DNA of 64,000 nucleotides from Selaginella moellendorffii (Eukaryota; Plantae; Lycopodiophyta), in the NCBI RefSeq assembly GCF_000143415.4, contig NW_003314266.1, positions 2,684,414-2,748,413 of the forward strand, read 5' to 3'. Shown one piece after another: positions 36,268-48,740 of the stretch. A program made the translations under genes and the position numbers. How positions within the stretch are numbered: position 1 is the first letter of the stretch; the number at the start of each line of letters is the position of its first letter. Below the pieces are notes generated by a model. It saw nothing but the letters and a program-made list of their open reading frames with translations. It had not been told where the DNA came from and did not search any database.

Positions 36268-38499
36268 GAAAATCAATGTCAAAGGAATATAGTTAATTTT
36301 AACAAAAAATGGTTAGTGGATAGTATCTCTAGTGAATGTTGCATACTTGATTGGGGGAGGATAAAAAACACTTACTAGCTCCATAAGAAACAAAATATTA
36401 CAACAATCATCTAAGTTGGGTGGCACTATAAATCAAAGGCATAATCTAAACAAATACATTATTATAAAAGCTTAAAATTTTATGTGTCAACTGAGTCATA
36501 GCATTTATCTAGCTGCATACTAAATAAGAATTCGATCAAAACCTCTTGTCCTTTGGTAAGTACTTCTGATGTCAACTTTGTGAGTATGAGTCTAGTATCT
36601 GTGTCTCATCCACTTTGATATATCCCATGTTCTCTTAAAATTTCTGATAAATATTATTTAGTATTAATTTTCTTACTTGTGACTAATATAAAATATGGTT
36701 AAATTTCTAGAATTTATAAATAACAAACCAATAAAAAGGCTTGATCTCTCTTGGCTCAAATTAAGCTAGATGTTGGAAATTTAGATTTCATGTTAGAAGC
36801 CCTAACAGGCAAGTGTTAAATCCCTTAGTAATCACAGTCTTTCACTCACTTGCCCCTCATTGCAATCCTTTTCTTTTTGCAAGCAAGATGATTTAGCACA
36901 ATTATCACTTAGGATATTGTGCACTAATCATAGCTATCTGGGGCTAGCACATGTGAGGTTATTAAAATTTGGAAGACAAAGGATAGGCAATAATTTTTGA
37001 AAAAACATTTAGAGTAATACAAAAAACTTTAATGCATCACCTCCAAAATGAGCAACTATTTGATGGTTTTCTATTTCTTTCTAGATTCTAGTTCAAGAAA
37101 ATAGTAAACACAGTCTTGGAAACTTAGAGAAGCATTAAGAAACAAAGTTGAGAACTCTTGGTCTTCCTTGTATTATGAAATTCAATTGTGTGATTCTCGC
37201 AAGTGATGACAATATTATATTTTCAAATTGTGAGAAGTCCTTGGCAAGAAGACCTTTGACCTTTCATCCTTAGTATAGATTTTTAAATGAGGATGGGTTT
37301 ATATCCTTCGTATTATATTTTTAAATGAGGGATGGGTTTATAAGGATCTTCATGTCCTTTTCCATATATTATATCCAATTATTTATAGATTTATAATTTT
37401 AAAACTTTTATAGCTATTCATCATTATATTATAAACTCTTAAAAGGTAAATTCTCTTTTAAAAGTTTAATACATTTTGGAGACTTCCTTCTCAAGGACCT
37501 AGGGCCTTTAACTCCTGATCTTGTGTGTCTTTTCAATATAGGAAGATGCTTGTATAGAAAAGTCATCACTATAAGTTAATCTCACTAATATCTATAAGAA
37601 TCCAAACTTATAATAAACTATTTTATTTATTTATCTGTCTGGTCTTTATCCAAAAAGAAACTTTTTTGCTATACTAGAAAAATCCCTGAACTCCAGCTGA
37701 CATATCTAAACATTCTCTTTATACTATAATTAAACTGTGACTTCTTTTATATTGAAATAGATGGAAATCAATGATAATGCTTTTCAACCATCACAAGAAA
37801 AAAGTAAATATTCTTTCCCCTTGTGGTGACTTTGGAGTGGTACTATAATGTTGAGAGCTTTGAAGAGTCACTTTCATGGGAAGGGTTTAAGATGGCAGAG
37901 TTCATCTTAACCTTGGTTGGCGAGCTTCTATTCAACAAACTTTGCTCGTTGTGCCATTTCAATCCTTGCAAGCATTTAATGAGGAGTGGCTGCTTACAAT
38001 TTGAGGTCTCAAAAGATATTTTAAACTAGAGATATACATTTCTGCAGACCAACCATGGAATAAGATCTTTCTATCATGGTTAGGCAAGTGATGCATCATG
38101 CTCTAAGTGCATATATTAAGTTTCAAAACCTTGAGTGAAGGTTGTCAAGCAAGGGGGATTGCCAGAACTTTTGCTTATCTCTCCCACCCTTAAAACCGGT
38201 GATAGAAGCAACACTAAGCACAAGGGCTAAACTAAAACCAATTCAACACTCTCCATCACCTTTTGCTCCATGAGATGTAATGCAGCATTTGGACAGCATC
38301 AAGAATGATAAATGCTTTGATTGTAGTGGTTGATTGTTCAAGGGACACCATTTTAGAAGGAGCTCTCTTCAGTGAGGCACTCTTTAAGGAGAGTGCCTCA
38401 ACTATTTCTTGGATTGCCTTCTCTGCTAACTAGGCACTTTGCATGAGTGACTGGGGATTGTCACTGCAACAAACTCAGCCTAGCATGACACTTCACCAA

Positions 38500-39212
38500 G
38501 AGCTAGATCTTCCTTCAAGCTATTACCAGATATGATGGTGCACGAAGATTCTTTCAAGATGGTTTTTGCACACACCAAGGACTTTACCAATTTAAAGTAA
38601 TGTTGTTTGGACTAATAAATGCCTTAGATACTCATAAACAAGATTTTCAGACCATATTTTTCCATTTCATTCTTGTCTTCTTCAAGGACATTCTGATGTA
38701 CAGTTAGACAGAGGAACACTTGGAGCACTTGGACATAGCATTATTGTCTACATTCTTGCTAGAGGTCAAATTGGTGAAATGCTTCTTTGGGTTGGCAGAG
38801 GTAGAGTATGTTGGATTTCGACTTTATCCATGCAAATCCTAAGAAATTGGCAGCCATTGTTAATTGGCCCCATCCATAAATGATGAAGCAGTTGCAGTCC
38901 ATTCTAGAGCTTTACAACTATCTTAGGAAATTCATTGAGCATTATGCCTCAATCACAGCCCTGCTCATGGACATCCTATGCTCACCTACATTCTACTGGG
39001 ACAACAAAGTGGTTGATTCTTTCTAAGAGTTGAAGGCACACATCAAATCAACACCAATTTTGAAGCTCCTAGGCTTTTTGAGGCCATTTGTGGTCGAAAT
39101 AAACACTTCAAATCCAAGAGTAAGGGCCAAAAGCTGAAGCCACTGACTTGTGTATGAATAGAAAATGCTTGGCATCATGCATGCTATAAGGAAATGGAGG
39201 CACTACTTGAAA
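38500..39212 (+). mobile_element. Degenerate Ty3/gypsy RT-RNaseH relic
   Basis: Remnants LDL.S.Y.QI, HQGLYQFKVM.FGL.NA, RKFIEHYASITA.L, RPFVVE and MLGIMHAIRKWRHYL, with many stops and frameshifts. Confidence 0.8.
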
Positions 39213-40107
39213 CTAGCTTTGGTAGGTGGTTGTCCTATGGCCAATGGCCCCAGAGAAGAGGGAGTTGCACCAAGCACTATAAGCCTAGTGGAACCCTAAA
39301 TAAATGAATATAAAAGTCTTTAGGAGTGTTTCTATTTATAAATATTTTATAATTATGCTAATAAAGGGTTAAATAATAATATTTAAAATTACTTATACAC
39401 TAAAACGAAATATATTTATAAACAATATATTGTGATATTAAATATATTTTAAATATATATTTTACATTATGATATTACATATATATTTTTACAGAAATTT
39501 TCTTCTTAGATATTTTCTCAAAGTTTTAGAAAAATGCAGAGGCAATTTATAAATTATTATAATTGCCATTGCCTTACCAAATAGCATTGCAAAATACTTA
39601 TTTGATGCTTGTGTTCTATGTATGAACTCATGAACATGAAAATCAAGAATACAACTGAAGAATAACAATAGAACAAGTTCTTTTGACTCTAGATTTATTA
39701 ATTCTTTAGAATAAAATTCAATAATAGCATGGATTAAACCATGATCCATTGAAAATCACTTAGAAGAGTGAAATAGTGTTATTCTTATTTATTAATTCAA
39801 TTGATCAAATGAAAGTTTATAGTTATAAATATGTCTCTAATTTATAAACACAAGATTAATATTATTGCATATCACCCATTAGAATAAGTTAGAATGAACT
39901 ATAAAATTTTAGAAATTTTTTATAAATTATAAATATATTTATAAATTATATATAAAATATTAATCTAAATTAATAGATAGCTAAAATATATAAGTATATT
40001 CTAAATATATTCACTACTATCTAAATAAATGTCTAATTCGTATAATGACAAATAATTGAGCCCCTTACCTTAGAGCTAACTTTAAAAATCTTTGCCTTTG
40101 TGCAGAA

Positions 40108-40581
40108 GGAATTGATTTCAGTTATTTGATGACTCTTGCTATTGGCTGTTTCCAGCTAATACTATAACAGAAGAACATGGTCATCAAAAAGAATACACTT
40201 TGTTGTTTGTTGAAGTAGTGGGAGTATTTAGTACTATAGACTTGGTGGCTACATTAAGTTCATTTTACACTTGTGAAAACAAGCCTAATGTGGTAGAAGT
40301 ACATGTGAACTTCATGTCCACTTTCTTTTGTATTTGTAACAAGGCAAGTCTTTTCATTTTTTTGTGGTAAATCACTTAATGCCGATCTAATTTCTAGATA
40401 GAGTGTTCTAGCAACTGCAAAATTGCACATAAAAGCACCTGTAAATAGGGTAACTATTTACAACATTATGGATATGCATTGATAGTTGCACTTGTAGTTA
40501 TGTCTTACATCTTATGTATATCGTGCTCCTTTATTGTACTTGCTTAAAACAATTTCTTACTCATATGTTTATAAAGATAGC
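40108..40581 (+). pseudogene. Hypermutated partial duplicate of the transportin gene, 5' part (copy of ~30469-30941, introns retained)
   Basis: Colinear with the source: CTAATACT..GAAGAACA(C/T)GGTCATCA, GTTGAAGTAG(C/T)GGGAGTATTTAGTACT, ACAAGGCAAGTC (GC donor), GTGTTCTAGC.ACTGCA.AATTGCAC. Confidence 0.9.
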
Positions 40582-40718
40582 TGTAAGTAACTAAAAAGAA
40601 CAATTTAAGAAATGATTCATGGGGTTCAAATATAAAAGGAAAGAGCCCATGAGTAAAAGTGCACCCTTTTTTTTAGTTAAAGGTTTTGGAATTAAGTGTT
40701 TTTAAGTTTGAATAACAT

Positions 40719-41638
40719 TGTAGCGCACCTGAATTTGGAGCCGAACTCCAAGCCCGTTGCGCTATGAAACGAGGGTCCGGTACAATCCCACGAGCACCAG
40801 CTCCCCGTATCCAGCACCTGCACGCAAAAATGGTGTCAGACGGAGTCTGGCACAATTTTGGCATACCGGTGGCCTAACGCGAGAAGGAGGGTACTCCACC
40901 GACTAGAGCAGCGTGGAGCTTGGGCTTAGACCCAAGCCGGACGCAGAACAAGGAGCGACACAGCCCAGTGGGAGCCAAACTAATGTCTCAGGTGGTCGGA
41001 CATGCATTCCAACCACTATCCCTACTATACATTTGGAACCCCCCATAGCCCCCCCCCCTTGAGGGACACATGCTTTGGGCTTTCACCCCAAGCCTCCCTT
41101 AGTACCAGGAGTTAGTCTCTGGGACAGGTCCGAAACTTACTAAATAGGGAATGTCTTTAAATTGCGAATTTGGACACAGGACGAACACCATGGTATTCAG
41201 GCCGATCTCTACATTCCGTAGATATGTCAAATGAGCTAATCTAGACACTTTCCATAAATAGCATTTAGGACCGAAATGAGACCAACACAAAGGGCGTGAT
41301 AGCGAGGGTGTTTGGCAGACACGGTAAGCTATCATCCGGCGATATTGAGGGACTAGTCTCAATACACGAGGGTTCTTGCCAAGCCAGTGCAAGACAGAGC
41401 AAAAGAGAACTAACAAGCCGGGCCAAGTATGCTTGGCTAAATAGACACTTAGGAATTCCTTCCTTATGCTCATCCGGCCAAGTACAGATGCTAAGTCCAG
41501 TTTACTAACACTTGGACAAGAGGGGCCAATAAAGGGAACCAGCAGTACCGACCTCCTACCGTCATGGCAGTAAGGAAAGAGTGCCCGTAAAGACTGGTCA
41601 ACAAGTATCTTTCGATACCCGAAGTCACATTCGCGACA
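40719..41638 (-). repeat. 3' LTR of the chromovirus
   Basis: Near-identical to 47154-48063 and adjacent to the PPT. Confidence 0.95.
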
Positions 41639-42246
41639 CTCTCCCCCCCTTGGGGAAGATCGACATCCTTGTCGATGTATACCCGAGTCTAGCAAACCGT
41701 CAAGGAAACAACTCCGAAAGTTAACGGAAAGCACACTATGTGGGAAACACATCGACTTAAATGAGTTATGGAACAACCTCTCCTCTACGTCCAAAAACGT
41801 TAACACTCAGACACCCTCCGGCCGTCATCGACAAGGAAATGACTAACAGAGTGAGCCACCCTTGCTGCTCCGAATACCACTCGGCTTACAAAGGAATGAT
41901 ACATCCCTGCCCGCAGGGACATAGGGAGAAGGCCAGAGGCCCAACTGCCCCTGAGCAAGAAATCAACCCTGTCGAGAAGATTTAGACAACTATTATAAAC
42001 TGGCAAATTAAGTTGTTTACACGACCACGCCCCTTTGCAAAAGTGAGTCATCGAGAGAGAGGCGGGGACTTGTGATCAATCGATAATAGGTATCCCCATG
42101 GTTATGGATCGGACCCATGCACCGAAGTGCCAAAGTCAGTCTGCCAAAACTGACCCAAGTACGAACGAACGATAGAAACGACATTTTGATTGATAGAAAT
42201 ATGTTATTTTATTAATTTGTAAGATTTATTACAAGATTTACAAAAG

Positions 42247-45200
42247 CTAATCTTTATTACGATTCTCATACTCCGTGACAAGCTCACGAGCATGTGTAAA
42301 ATTACTAAGAGGCTACCAAGTTGATTCACAAGATGGGTAACCTTTCCACTTAACTAGATACTCTCGACATTTGGCACGCTTAAGCCAGCGTGTACCCAAA
42401 ATAGCTTCTACTTCATATTCAGGTTCACCATCCACAACTTCTGGTGGTGGACGAATCTCCGCTTGATGTGCATCATCCATAGTGTATGGAGCTAAGAGAT
42501 TGGCATGAAATACATTATGAATACTGGACATCTCCACAGGAAGATCCAACTGATAGGATACATCACCAATGCGTTTTAGCACCCGATAGGGTCTAACATA
42601 TCTCGGTAACAACTTCCGAGATAAAGATCCCTTAATGTTCAAGTTCCGGGAAGACAGCCACACCTGATCTCCCACTTGATAGGATACATCCCGACGATGC
42701 TGATCCTTACCACGTCAATACCTATCCTGAGCCTTGCCCATCACCTCAGTAGCTCTAGACCAACCTTGGCGTAGCTGCTCCGCATAAGTCTCAACGGTTG
42801 GGACCAACACTTCGATCATTGGTTTCAGTACAACAATTTGTTGAGGAACCCCACGAGCATTCCCTTGCAGCATCTCCTATGGAGAACAACCTATAGCGCT
42901 GTGAAATGTGTTGTTATAACAAATTTCTGCTGTATCCAAATGCTCAACCCAGTCGCGTTGGTCTGCCGCGACATAGTACCGTAGATAATCCTCAACTTGA
43001 GCATTCACGCGTTCAGTCTGCCCATCAGTCTGAGGATGATAAGCCATACTAAACTTCAACTTGGTACCGAACAGCTGGAACAGTGTGCCCCAAAACTTCC
43101 CCGTAAACCTCGAATCTCTATCCGAGATCATCTCTTCAGGAAGGCCACGAACTCGCACTACTTCATGGAAAAAGAGCTTTGCTGCTTGTTTCGCATTCAC
43201 TGTTCCTACAGTTGGAATGAAGTGTGCAATCTTCGACAACCGATCCACAACCACCATCAAAGTATCATAACCCTTAGACTTCGGCAAGCAAGTGACGAAA
43301 TCAAGTGTCACACTCTGAAATGGCTATGCCGGTGCTGGAATGCACTGCAACTTTCCAGCCTGCTTCTCAGTTCTGTGCTTACATTGCTGGCATATAGGGC
43401 AGGAACGGACATAATCCGCTACATCACCTTCCATACCAGACCAGAAAAATCCCTTTTTCAATGAAGCCAGAGTCTTTCGCTGTCCACCATGTCCCGCTGC
43501 CGGAACATCATGATGTTCCCGCAGAAATAACTGCTGAAGATCCTTAGAGGGAAGATACAATCTTTCTTGCTTATAGAATATAAGCCCATCCCGAACTGAG
43601 AAGTGAAGTTTCACATTAGTGCCACTAGCAACTTTTGCTGCTTCGCTACCAGGGCTCTGCTTCAACAACCCCACACGGCATAAGATTGCCTTCGCCAATG
43701 GATCACTTCCATACGAAGCCCGAACGTCCTCCAACCAGTCTGAACTGATTGCCAATATTGCCCGGAATTGAGCTTGACGACTTAACGCATCCGGAACAAT
43801 ATTGTCTTTACCAGGTTTATATATGATTTCAATATCATATCTAGCAAGCTTCTCTTGCCAACGAGCCTGCTTCAGCGTAAGCTTAGGCTGCGTAGCAAAG
43901 TAGCTTAGTGTGTTACTATCCGTATAAACCTTGGTATGTCCACCCAAGTAGTGTCTCTAGTGTTCCAGGGCCGACACTATAGCAAACATTTCTTTCTCAT
44001 GCGTTGGCCATCTTCGTTGGGTTTCATCCAATTTCTTGGAATAGAATGCAACGGGACAACCATGTCGCCTTAGCGTAACACCAACCGCTTTGTCACAATC
44101 TTGCTGCAACACGGCACCAATAGCATATCCAGACGCATCACAATGCACTTTGAAGGGTTTATCATGATCTGGGATCCTGAGAACAGGAACCGTAGTCAAG
44201 ATCTCCTTCAACCGTACAAAAGCACGCTGACAAGCTGGTGTCCAATGAAACGGAATACTACTCTTCATCAACTCAGTCAACGGAAGAGCAATTCTTGCAA
44301 AATTGCGGACAAACTTGCGATAGTATCCCGCCAAACCAAGAAAGGAACGAACATCTGATACAGTGGTCGGGATTTCCCAGGACTTCACCGCTTCCACTTT
44401 CTTTGGATCGACTTCAATCACGCCACCACCAACTATATGTCCGAAAAAGTTTACACGCAATTGACCAAAAGCGCATTTACTTTCCTTAGCATACAGTTTG
44501 TGTTCGCACAACTTCTGAAACACTAGCTCCAAGTGTTTCAAATGATCCTCCAACGTTTCACTAAAGACTAAAACATCGTCGATATATAGGACGAAAAATG
44601 CATCCAAATAATCTCTGAATATTCTATCCATCATAGTGCTGAACGTTGCCAGAGCATTGCATAACCTGAATGGCATGACAAGGAACTCATAAGATCCGTA
44701 CCGAGTCTTAAAGGCTGTCTTCTCCACATCTTGATCAGCCACCCGTATCTAATGATACCCGGACCGCAAATCAAGTCGCATAAAATACTTAGCCTTTAAG
44801 AGTTGGTCAAACAAGTCATCAATGCGAGGCAAAGGATAACTGATTTTAACCATGATCTTGTTGAGTGCCCGATAGTCAATACACATCCTCATGGTTCCAT
44901 CCTTTTTCATAACAAAAAGGATTGGTGCTCCATAAGGTGACTTGCTGAGTCAGATATGACCTTTGTCAAGAAGCTCCGTGAGTTGCTTCTTGAGTTCAGC
45001 CATCTCCTTGATGTTCAACCGATATGGAGCTTTCGTAGGTGGTTTAGAACCCGGAATAACCTCAATCCGATGATCAACCTCACGGCTAGGTGGTAGCCCT
45101 GGTGGCAAATCCTTCGGGAAGATATCCTGATTCTGCGCCAACAACTCCAATATCTTCTTTTGTACAGGATCAACCCCGTCGCCAATTCGAACAGAGTCAC

Positions 45201-46980
45201 CCACACTCTCAGCTTCCATCACTTGAACCCAAAAGGTCCGACATCCCCTCTTAGCTGCTTTTTGAGCGGCCCTCGCAGTTAGGAACTTTCCATCCCAATC
45301 CTTTGAGAAACGCTTTTGCAACTGGAAGGACACATCGGGTCGTCCCTCGGACTTCAATGTGATATGACTTTGTCCAGCACCATAAATCCCTTTTATATAC
45401 TTGTTGAAGAAATCCATACCAAACACCATCTGAAAATCTGGTATCTTCAACACTACCAAGTCCACTCTTTCTTTCCACTTGGATATCTTTATTGGAACAT
45501 CACTCATAAACTTTCTGGCTACTTGCCCACCTTCCGCAAACCGGAAGTGCATAGGCGACATTTGCTCAGCATTCAATCCTAACAACTTAATCAAGTCTTC
45601 GGATATCACGCTGTGCGTAGCTCCCGTGTCAATCATCACTCGGATTCAGTGTCCACGGACAAAGCCTATTAGATACATCAACGGATCAGTGTTTGCATTG
45701 ACTGCAAGAAAAGCTTGAGGAAAGCAACGAAAGTTACTCATCTCTTCTTCCTCATAGTCTGCATTGACCATCTCGTCAACCCCTTCAGCTTCACCACCAC
45801 CGTCTTCCCTCATGACATTAACCCGAGACCTTGTCTTATGCTTGTTGGGACATTCCGAGGACCTATGTCCCGACTCTCCACAATGGAAGCAATGACCCAC
45901 ACTACCTGTTCTGCTAGGAGCAGGTTTTGCAGGTTGCTGCTGCTTGTACCCACCAGGAGAAGGAATAGAGGGCCTAGGACTAGAAGAAGCTGCTGGTGGT
46001 CTCCAACCACCACCATCTTTGTTAACCGTTGTTTGTGAGCCTCCAGGGCGGAACTTACTTTCCACCCTCTGTTTCCGATCACCTTGTTTATTCCCAGAAT
46101 TTTTATTCTTATCCGAGTTACCAGCATACGGTTGCTGATATTGTTCCATAAGCGAGTGACTAAAGGCAACTTGCTGCGCCACCTCCTTACACTCCAGGTA
46201 CGTCTTTGGCTTAAACTTCAGAATCTCATTACGAGAAAGTGAACTCAAACCCTCCAGGAAATAACTCCGAGCATCTTCGTCACTCATATTTGCAATCATA
46301 ATGCGCTTCTGAGCAAACGCATTAACGTAATGCATGAGATCCCCTCGCTGCTTTAACCGCCGCAGCTCCGCGCGAAGTCTCAGACCAAGATCATCCAGCA
46401 AGTATTCCTTACGGATACGAGACCGCATCTTGGTCCAACTTCTAGTCTGCCCTTTTTCAGCACACACCTGGCACCACCAAGTTTTGGCATGATCGGTGAG
46501 AAAGGATTGCACACACGCAACTTTCGTACGATCATCTACGTCTGCCGCTATGAAATAGTTTTCCATATCGTAGATCCAGTCTTCCAAAACCTGATAGTCC
46601 CGCATGCCTTTGAAGTTGGGTGGTTTCGGGGGCTTGAACTTTGAAACTCGTGCAACCGGGGGTGGCTGTAGAACTTCATCGTCCTCAAAACTTGAAGAAG
46701 AGTACGGTTGCTTAGGCTTAGCTGGTTTAGCTGCCTCAGCCTCTTTCTTCCTCTTCTTGTTCTCCTTCTTCAATTTGCGAATCTCCTTTCGCAAATTCTC
46801 GATCTTGACTTCCTGAGCCGTTCGCTGCAGCACCGCAGCATCCGGCTCTTCCTCTTTTGACTTAGCCTCTGCCTCTTCCGCAGCATCTCTAGCAGGAGTT
46901 TCCTCCTCTCGATTCGCCCATCTAGAGGTTTCAGCGTCATCAGCACGGTTCCGTTTCACCATCCCGCTAGCTGCATGCAT
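42247..46980 (-). pseudogene. gag-pol polyprotein in a single frame with in-frame stops
   Basis: Zn knuckle CFHCGESGHRSSEC, protease IDTGATHS, RT LYIDDVLVFS, RNaseH HCDASGYAIG, integrase HH-CC and YHPQTDGQTER, chromodomain YEVEAIL..YLVKWKGY. Confidence 0.9.
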
Positions 46981-47153
46981 GCCTCTATCAGTAACTGAAC
47001 ATGCATACAATGTTCTTACCAAATGGTGCAATCCAACTAATCCTACACAGGTCGCTTCGGATCTACTAGAAAAGTCTCTGCGTATGCAAGTTGAGTTAGA
47101 AAATCTGACAAAAGTTGGATAGGAATCGCTGAGACAATTCCTTTGATACCAAA

Positions 47154-48063
47154 TGTAGCGCACCTGAATTTGGAGCCGAACTCCAAGCCCGTTGCGCTAC
47201 GAAACGAGGGTCTGGTACAATCCCACGAGCACCAGCTCCCCGTATCCAGCACCTGCACGCAAAAATGGTGTCAGAAGGAGTCTAGCACAATTTTGGCATA
47301 CCGGTGGCCTAACGCGAGAAGGAGGGTACTCCACCAACTAGAGCAGCGTGGAGCTTGGGCTTAGACCCAAGCCGGACGCAGAACAAGGAGCGACACAGCC
47401 CAGCGGGAGCCAAACTAATGTCTTAGGTGGTCGGACATGCATTCCAACCACTATCCCTACTATACATTTGGAACCCCCCACAGCCCCCCCCCCTTGAGGG
47501 ACACACGCTTTGGGCTTTCACCCCAAGCCTCCCTTAGTACCAGGAGTGGACAGGTCCAAAACTTACTAAATAGGGAATGTCCTTAGATTGCGAATTTGGA
47601 CACGGGACGAACACCATGGTGTTCAGGCCAATCTCTACATTCCGTAGATATACCAAATGAGCTAATCTAGACACTTTCCATAAATAGCATTTAGGACCGA
47701 AATGAGACCAACACAAAGGGCGTGATAGCGAGGGTTTTTGGCAGACACGGTAAGCTATCATCCGGTGATATTGAGGGACTAGTCTCAATACGCGAGGGTT
47801 CTTGCCAAGCCAGTGCAAGACAAAGCAAAGAGAACTAACAAGCCGGGCCAAGTATGCTTGGCTAAATAGACACTTAGGAATTCCTTCCTTATGCTCATCC
47901 GGCCAAGTACAGATGCTAAGTCCAGTTTATTAACACTTGGACAAGAGGGGCCAATAAAGGGAACCAGCAGTACCGACCTCCTGCCGTCATGGCAGTAAGG
48001 AAAGAGTGCCCGTAAGGACTGGTCGACAAGTATCTTTCGATACCCGAAGTCACATTCGCGACA
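47154..48063 (-). repeat. 5' LTR of the chromovirus
   Basis: Adjacent to a tRNA-iMet-type PBS and matches 40719-41638. Confidence 0.95.
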
Positions 48064-48112
48064 AACACTAAGCTAGGTAACTTCCCAAGAAGTCCAAATT
48101 TAAGAGCTTACA

Positions 48113-48740
48113 ATGGCATTGTTATCATTCTAGAGGAGCATAAATTGTTGTAGCGCATGTGATTATGGGATGAGATTTGGATATACTATCACTGTGAATC
48201 CTTGGAACCTTGGGGGATAAATGGGGATAAAATAGCCACTAAAGGCTCTCTCATCAAGCAATTGCCCCTTTTTCAGTTAGCTTAAGGGGAAAGAAATAGG
48301 GTGCGCAACATTTGGTATCAGAGTAAATGGCACAGGTTCGATTCCCATTGATTAGTGGCTACTTAAAAAATATAATATAATATACCCCAATATGGGGTTT
48401 TCTCTCATCAATATAATATACCCTTGAGTAAAGTATATTTTTACCCCTAAATTTGAAATCATATGTATTAGGCATCATTGTCATCATAGGATGAGATTTG
48501 GATATACTGTCACCATGGATCCTTAGAACCATGGGGAATAAATAGGATTCTCTCTCATCAAGCAATTGCCCTTTTCGCAGTTGGTTTAAGGGGAGAGAGA
48601 TAGAATGCGCTACAATTGCCCATTAATAGTTATGGTTTTGAAAATATACATATAATGTGGAAAAACATGTTATATGCATTATTTGGACCCTCTACTATGT
48701 CACATGTAAATTTACCTTCTCCTTTTTTTACAAAAACTCC
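48113..48740 (+). pseudogene. 3' continuation of the transportin duplicate (copy of ~30937-31103), interrupted by the TRIM
   Basis: ATGGCATTGTTATCA matches source ATGGCGCTGTCATCA; TATGCATTATTTGGACCCTCTACTATGTCAC matches source TATGCATTACTTGGACCCTCTGCTATGTCAC. Confidence 0.85.
48149..48614 (+). mobile_element. TRIM-like short-LTR non-autonomous retroelement
   Basis: LTR 48149-48310 (TGTAGCGC...GCGCAACA) is followed by PBS TTTGGTATCAGAGT. The second LTR (~48483-48614) ends GCGCTACA. TSD ATTGT/ATTGC; no coding capacity. Confidence 0.85.

Larger units (their letters stand above)
40719..48063 (-). mobile_element. Full-length Ty3/gypsy chromovirus LTR retrotransposon (~7.3 kb), inactivated by nonsense codons
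   Basis: Two ~910-920 bp LTRs with TG...CA ends; TSD AACAT/AACAC; PBS TGGTATCAAAGG next to the 5' LTR; PPT at ~41639-41651; domain order gag, protease, RT, RNaseH, integrase, chromodomain. Confidence 0.97.
40582..48112. mobile_element. Short solo-LTR-like insertion (~180 bp: 40582-40718 plus 48069-48112) hosting the chromovirus
   Basis: Termini TGTAAG...CTTACA, flanked by ATAGC/ATGGC, which match ATGGC at the corresponding position of the transportin source. Confidence 0.65.

Noticed and set aside
36500-38030. Possible decayed exons of another gene (also 32040-32450 and 49300-49900)
   Set aside because: Exon-like texture but no assignable homology by eye; needs tBLASTx.
41099-41806. 235-aa ORF across the 3' LTR as a possible env-like gene
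   Set aside because: It lies mostly inside the LTR, is not preserved at this length in the 5' LTR, and has no recognisable domain.
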